A DNA stretch of 64,000 nucleotides from Halorutilales archaeon Cl-col2-1 (GTDB lineage Archaea; Halobacteriota; Halobacteria; Halobacteriales; Afararchaeaceae), in contig CP169075.1 of NCBI GenBank assembly GCA_041891055.1, positions 52,001-116,000 on the forward strand. Direction: 5' to 3'. The notes under the pieces are model-generated. The model saw only the letters and a program-made list of their open reading frames with translations, did no database searches and had not been told where the DNA came from. Positions 60,624 to 64,000 of the stretch are shown here, one piece after another. A program made the translations under genes and the position numbers. The stretch's first letter is position 1. Each line of letters begins with the position of its first letter.

Positions 60624-62536
60624 ATGGTCTTCTTTCTCGCCGATAGAACTAATCTTCAGACTAAACGCCTTCACGAACGTATCAAACAAAAAATACAGTC
60701 CCGGTTCGACAATATAACTAGAAGAATAGCTGAGCCACGCGAACCCGGATCATACCGAGTGATCGGTGAAGCTAATCCTCAGCTGCTCCTCGACGACGCG
60801 AAGTATCCTGAAGATACAGGACGGATAGAGATCGGATTCAGACTTCGCCATCAAAAACCGAGAGAAGATTACTGGATTAACTGGATAGAACTGGAAAGAA
60901 ACTTCTTAGTTGGATGGCACCAAGACGACACTCGTCAACCGCCTCGGGGTCAAGCCCCGAGGCTTGTCAGTGGACTCCCGCTCTACCCGCGTAACGCGGA
61001 AGGCCGGAATTGGCCGTTCGCATTCAACGTCCCTGACTTGAGGGCCAGTTGACTGGTGGCCCGTCCAGCATCAGACTTGAGCCAGTGCTGGACAAGACGC
61101 CACCCGATATTCCGAGCGGCGTTATAGTCGGCGTGCAGTTCTTTTCCACACTTCAGGCACTCGAACTCGTCACCATCACGGTTGTCCTCGTGCGTGAAGC
61201 CACACTCGCCGTGACTACACCGCTGGGACGTGTAAGCAGGGGCAACGTCGTCCACGTCGATGCCGTATTCTTCGGCCTTGTATTCGACGTGGCGTTGGAG
61301 TTCACGGAACGCCCACTGCTGGAACTTACTGGCGTTCGAGATGCGCTCACGAATGTGTTTCAAATTCTCGAACGCAATCGCCGTACAATCGTTCTCCACG
61401 ACCTCCTGCACAATCGCTTTCGACACTCGGTGGAGGTAATCTGCACTCCACCGGGCGAACCGTGAGCCGATGTTCTTAATGGTGAGGTGCGCGGAGCGAG
61501 TGCCTGTCTGTTGGAGGTTGCCGCGCCGACGCTCGTACTCGTCGCGGCGGTGGTTGAGGTAGTCTGCGTTACCAAGGAACGCTCCCGTGCTGGTGACGGC
61601 GAGGTATCCATCCACATTCAGGTCAACGCCGAGAACCACTCCGTTCTCGGTCGAATCGTCGCTAGAACCAGCGGGTTCGACTTCTTTCTCGACTGCGACG
61701 TGGAGGTAGTACGTGCCGTCACGCTTGTGGAGCGTGGCTTCCTTGCGTTCCCAGTCGTCCGTCCAATACTCCGCAAACGGTGTCCCTGTCTCGTCTTCGG
61801 GTGTGACGAACTCGGCGGTCACGCGGTCGCCAACCGTGGCGAGGGTAACGTGGTCGTCGTTGTACGTGATGGTGCGGCCGTTGTACACGACAACGCTTCC
61901 TCGGAACTCGGGCTTGCTAGCCTTTTTGCCGTCGTCGAGGATGCGGTCTTTGCAGTTGCCGAGTGCGTCAGCGGCGAGATTGCGGGCGGATTGGACGAGG
62001 CTGGCTTGCAGACTGGTCTGCTCCCGAACCTCTGTGTAGGTTTGTTCGTGGAGCGTGTTTTTGGTGTCCTCGATTTCTGTGGGGTCGTCGCTCCATCCAG
62101 CGTCAGCGACGTGTTGGGCCGCCTGTTGGAATTGCTCGAACGTCTCATCGAGAACGCTGTGTGCGTCCTCGGGAACGTCGAGCTTTAGCTGGATGTTTCG
62201 GACGACCTCCATACTTCATTAGTACCGTTGGAGATACCTGAAAGTATTTATTTAGGCGTGGGGGAGTCGGCCTTGCCATCGTGTGTGGTTTGCGTCATCG
62301 AGTGTCGGCTTCCTCCCCGACCTCAAGGGTCGGGGTATCCGCCTCGCAATCTCTATGAAGAGCTAGGGAGAATACATCTACAGATCAACTACGAGTCTAC
62401 CCTAGTAGATAGGCAACCGACGGAGTTTATCAACTCACACCCTCTCGACGTAGTTGAACGGAGATTGAATTCCCTTCTAAACGTAGTTCAATCTGTTAGA
62501 TGGGAAGATGAAGAACCAACAGGCTTCGGTGACTAA
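60624..62536 (+). pseudogene. Partner (toxin-like) gene interrupted by a tnpB element (60624-60933 + 62355-62536)
   Basis: Removing 60934-62354 restores GWHQDDT-H-EELGRIHLQ in frame. Confidence 0.8.
60934..62354 (-). mobile_element. tnpB: IS1341-type element with apparently intact TnpB (60983-62212)
   Basis: GVDLN, AFENL, Zn finger, ADYNAARNI; terminal hairpins; clean insertion without TSD. Confidence 0.93.
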
Positions 62537-62564
62537 CTATAGCAAAAGGAAGTCAATCAGATAC

Positions 62565-63929
62565 TTATACCAAATCCGATAGACCAAACAAAGAGACGTC
62601 GTCTCTCGACTCGGCACACCGGAGGAGGTCATCTGTATATCCAGACCGGCTGAAAAGAACATACTGTGTCGAGGCGTCGGCTGGCTCTTCCGACCAACGA
62701 ACCTCCTCGGCAGTATTTTCTAACCCGAATAGAACACCCTCACTCACCGGTGAGGAAGTGAACTTACATTCTCCGGCGACGAGACCCTCTTTAGTGAGAC
62801 CAAGGACATCTATTTCATGTTCTTTGAACCACCACTGACCAACGTCGAGGAAACGTCTATCGAGAAGATCTGGGATCGCATTCTGACAGAGACGCTCGAA
62901 CAAGGGACTAACGTAGTCCGAGAACTCAGGTGCTACGATCTCCTTGAAGACATCGTCTTCCAACAGCTGTAGACGATCCTGGTTACCGTAGACAAAACGG
63001 AACCAGAACTTAAACAGAGGTGCTGAAAGACGGTATCTGCCTCTTTTCGATGAAGTCGGCGAAGCCGTCACAGGTATGTGACGTTCGACAAGTCGGAGAC
63101 GACGGAGCTTCTGTAAGTATGTACTCAGAGACGAAGAGTCAATACCAGCCATACCGGCTATTTCGTTGGGAGTACGTCGTCCGTGTGCGAGAGCCCTCAG
63201 TATGCTGAAGTACTTGTTCGGCTGGCGTAACTCGGTACGAAGCAGGAACTCCGGCTCTGAGTGCAACAGCCCTTGTTCTGAGAGGATAGTATCCTGGATG
63301 TTCTCCGACAGGTTCTTCTCCGGATCGACTGTCTGTAGATAATACGGAGTTCCTCCATAGACTGACCAAGTCTTCACCGTGTCCTCATCGTCGTAGTCTG
63401 GGAAAAAAGCCCGTGCTTTGTCGACAGCGAGAGGTTTGAGATCGGTGGTTGCCGTACGTCGACCGTACAGAGGACTGTTACCTGCCAAAACCTCGTCTTC
63501 CATGACACTGATAGACGACCCAACTAAGACGAGTGTCATCTCTGTATCCTGTAGCTGAGTGTCCCATACACGCTGGATACGAGAGGGTAATGAGCTGTCT
63601 TCCTCAAGTAGGAACGGGAACTCATCGATGATGACAACTGCGTCTTTCTGCCCGAGTGCTCCGAGAATAGCTTCCCAGTCGCGACGGACGTTCTCTATTT
63701 CCGGAAAGGTTCTTGTCGCTACGTCGACAAAGCTCTCAAGCTGGTTCTGCGCAGTGGACTCCACAGCTTGGTAGTAGACAGCGTCGTCTCTCTCAGAGAC
63801 GGACTGACGTACAAGTTCACTCTTTCCGAGACGTCTACGTCCGTATAGAACCATGAACTCAGAGTCTTCAGACTCATATAGGTCAACGAGAGTTCTGAGT
63901 TCCTCCTCTCGGTCGACGAATCCGTCCAT
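62565..63929 (-). CDS. Archaeal AAA ATPase with wHTH, DUF234 and C-terminal PD-(D/E)XK domain
   Basis: FVDREEEL, YGRRRLGKS, IIDEFP, GGTPYYL, FWFRFV, EIDVL..GECKF. Confidence 0.9.
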   Translation of the reverse strand: MDGFVDREEELRTLVDLYESEDSEFMVLYGRRRLGKSELVRQSVSERDDAVYYQAVESTAQNQLESFVDVATRTFPEIENVRRDWEAILGALGQKDAVVIIDEFPFLLEEDSSLPSRIQRVWDTQLQDTEMTLVLVGSSISVMEDEVLAGNSPLYGRRTATTDLKPLAVDKARAFFPDYDDEDTVKTWSVYGGTPYYLQTVDPEKNLSENIQDTILSEQGLLHSEPEFLLRTELRQPNKYFSILRALAHGRRTPNEIAGMAGIDSSSLSTYLQKLRRLRLVERHIPVTASPTSSKRGRYRLSAPLFKFWFRFVYGNQDRLQLLEDDVFKEIVAPEFSDYVSPLFERLCQNAIPDLLDRRFLDVGQWWFKEHEIDVLGLTKEGLVAGECKFTSSPVSEGVLFGLENTAEEVRWSEEPADASTQYVLFSRSGYTDDLLRCAESRDDVSLFGLSDLV

Positions 63930-64000
63930 ACTTGATGATACTCTTACGACTTATTATCTCTTCGGATTTAGAAATTAGGATTTCTGAAATGTAGATTTCT

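Noticed and set aside
1-64000. tRNA, rRNA, integrase or virion genes
   Set aside because: None recognised, so a provirus call is not supported

Overview
Haloarchaeal accessory DNA (acidic proteins, haloarchaeal IS families, type I-B-type CRISPR repeat), most likely a plasmid/secondary replicon or integrated island. It carries replication functions (two homologous ORB-type origins, one intact and one truncated orc1/cdc6, PCNA), an AddAB/AdnAB-like helicase-nuclease pair and a frameshifted Hrq1/MrfA-type helicase. A dense defence island holds Hhe (DUF4011 helicase), a DUF499-DUF1156-PLD/SNF2 restriction-like system with GmrSD inserted, CBS-HEPN, a membrane-anchored Mrr and an HNH nuclease. There is also a ParB-HTH-methyltransferase/nuclease operon, an orphan 33-repeat CRISPR array next to a probable cas3 stump, several mostly inactivated TA modules and many IS remnants. 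Three non-coding systems are not explained by the genes: (A) twelve ~45-bp AGCTAACCAACA-N20-26-TGTTGGTTAGCT sites at the borders of gene modules; (B) a 32-bp palindrome found four times near replication loci and once inside the ParB-MTase gene; (C) ~50-bp twin-triloop-hairpin micro-elements with mostly CG duplications that build tandem arrays inside IS elements. All family assignments are from motif recognition by eye; no database searches were run.
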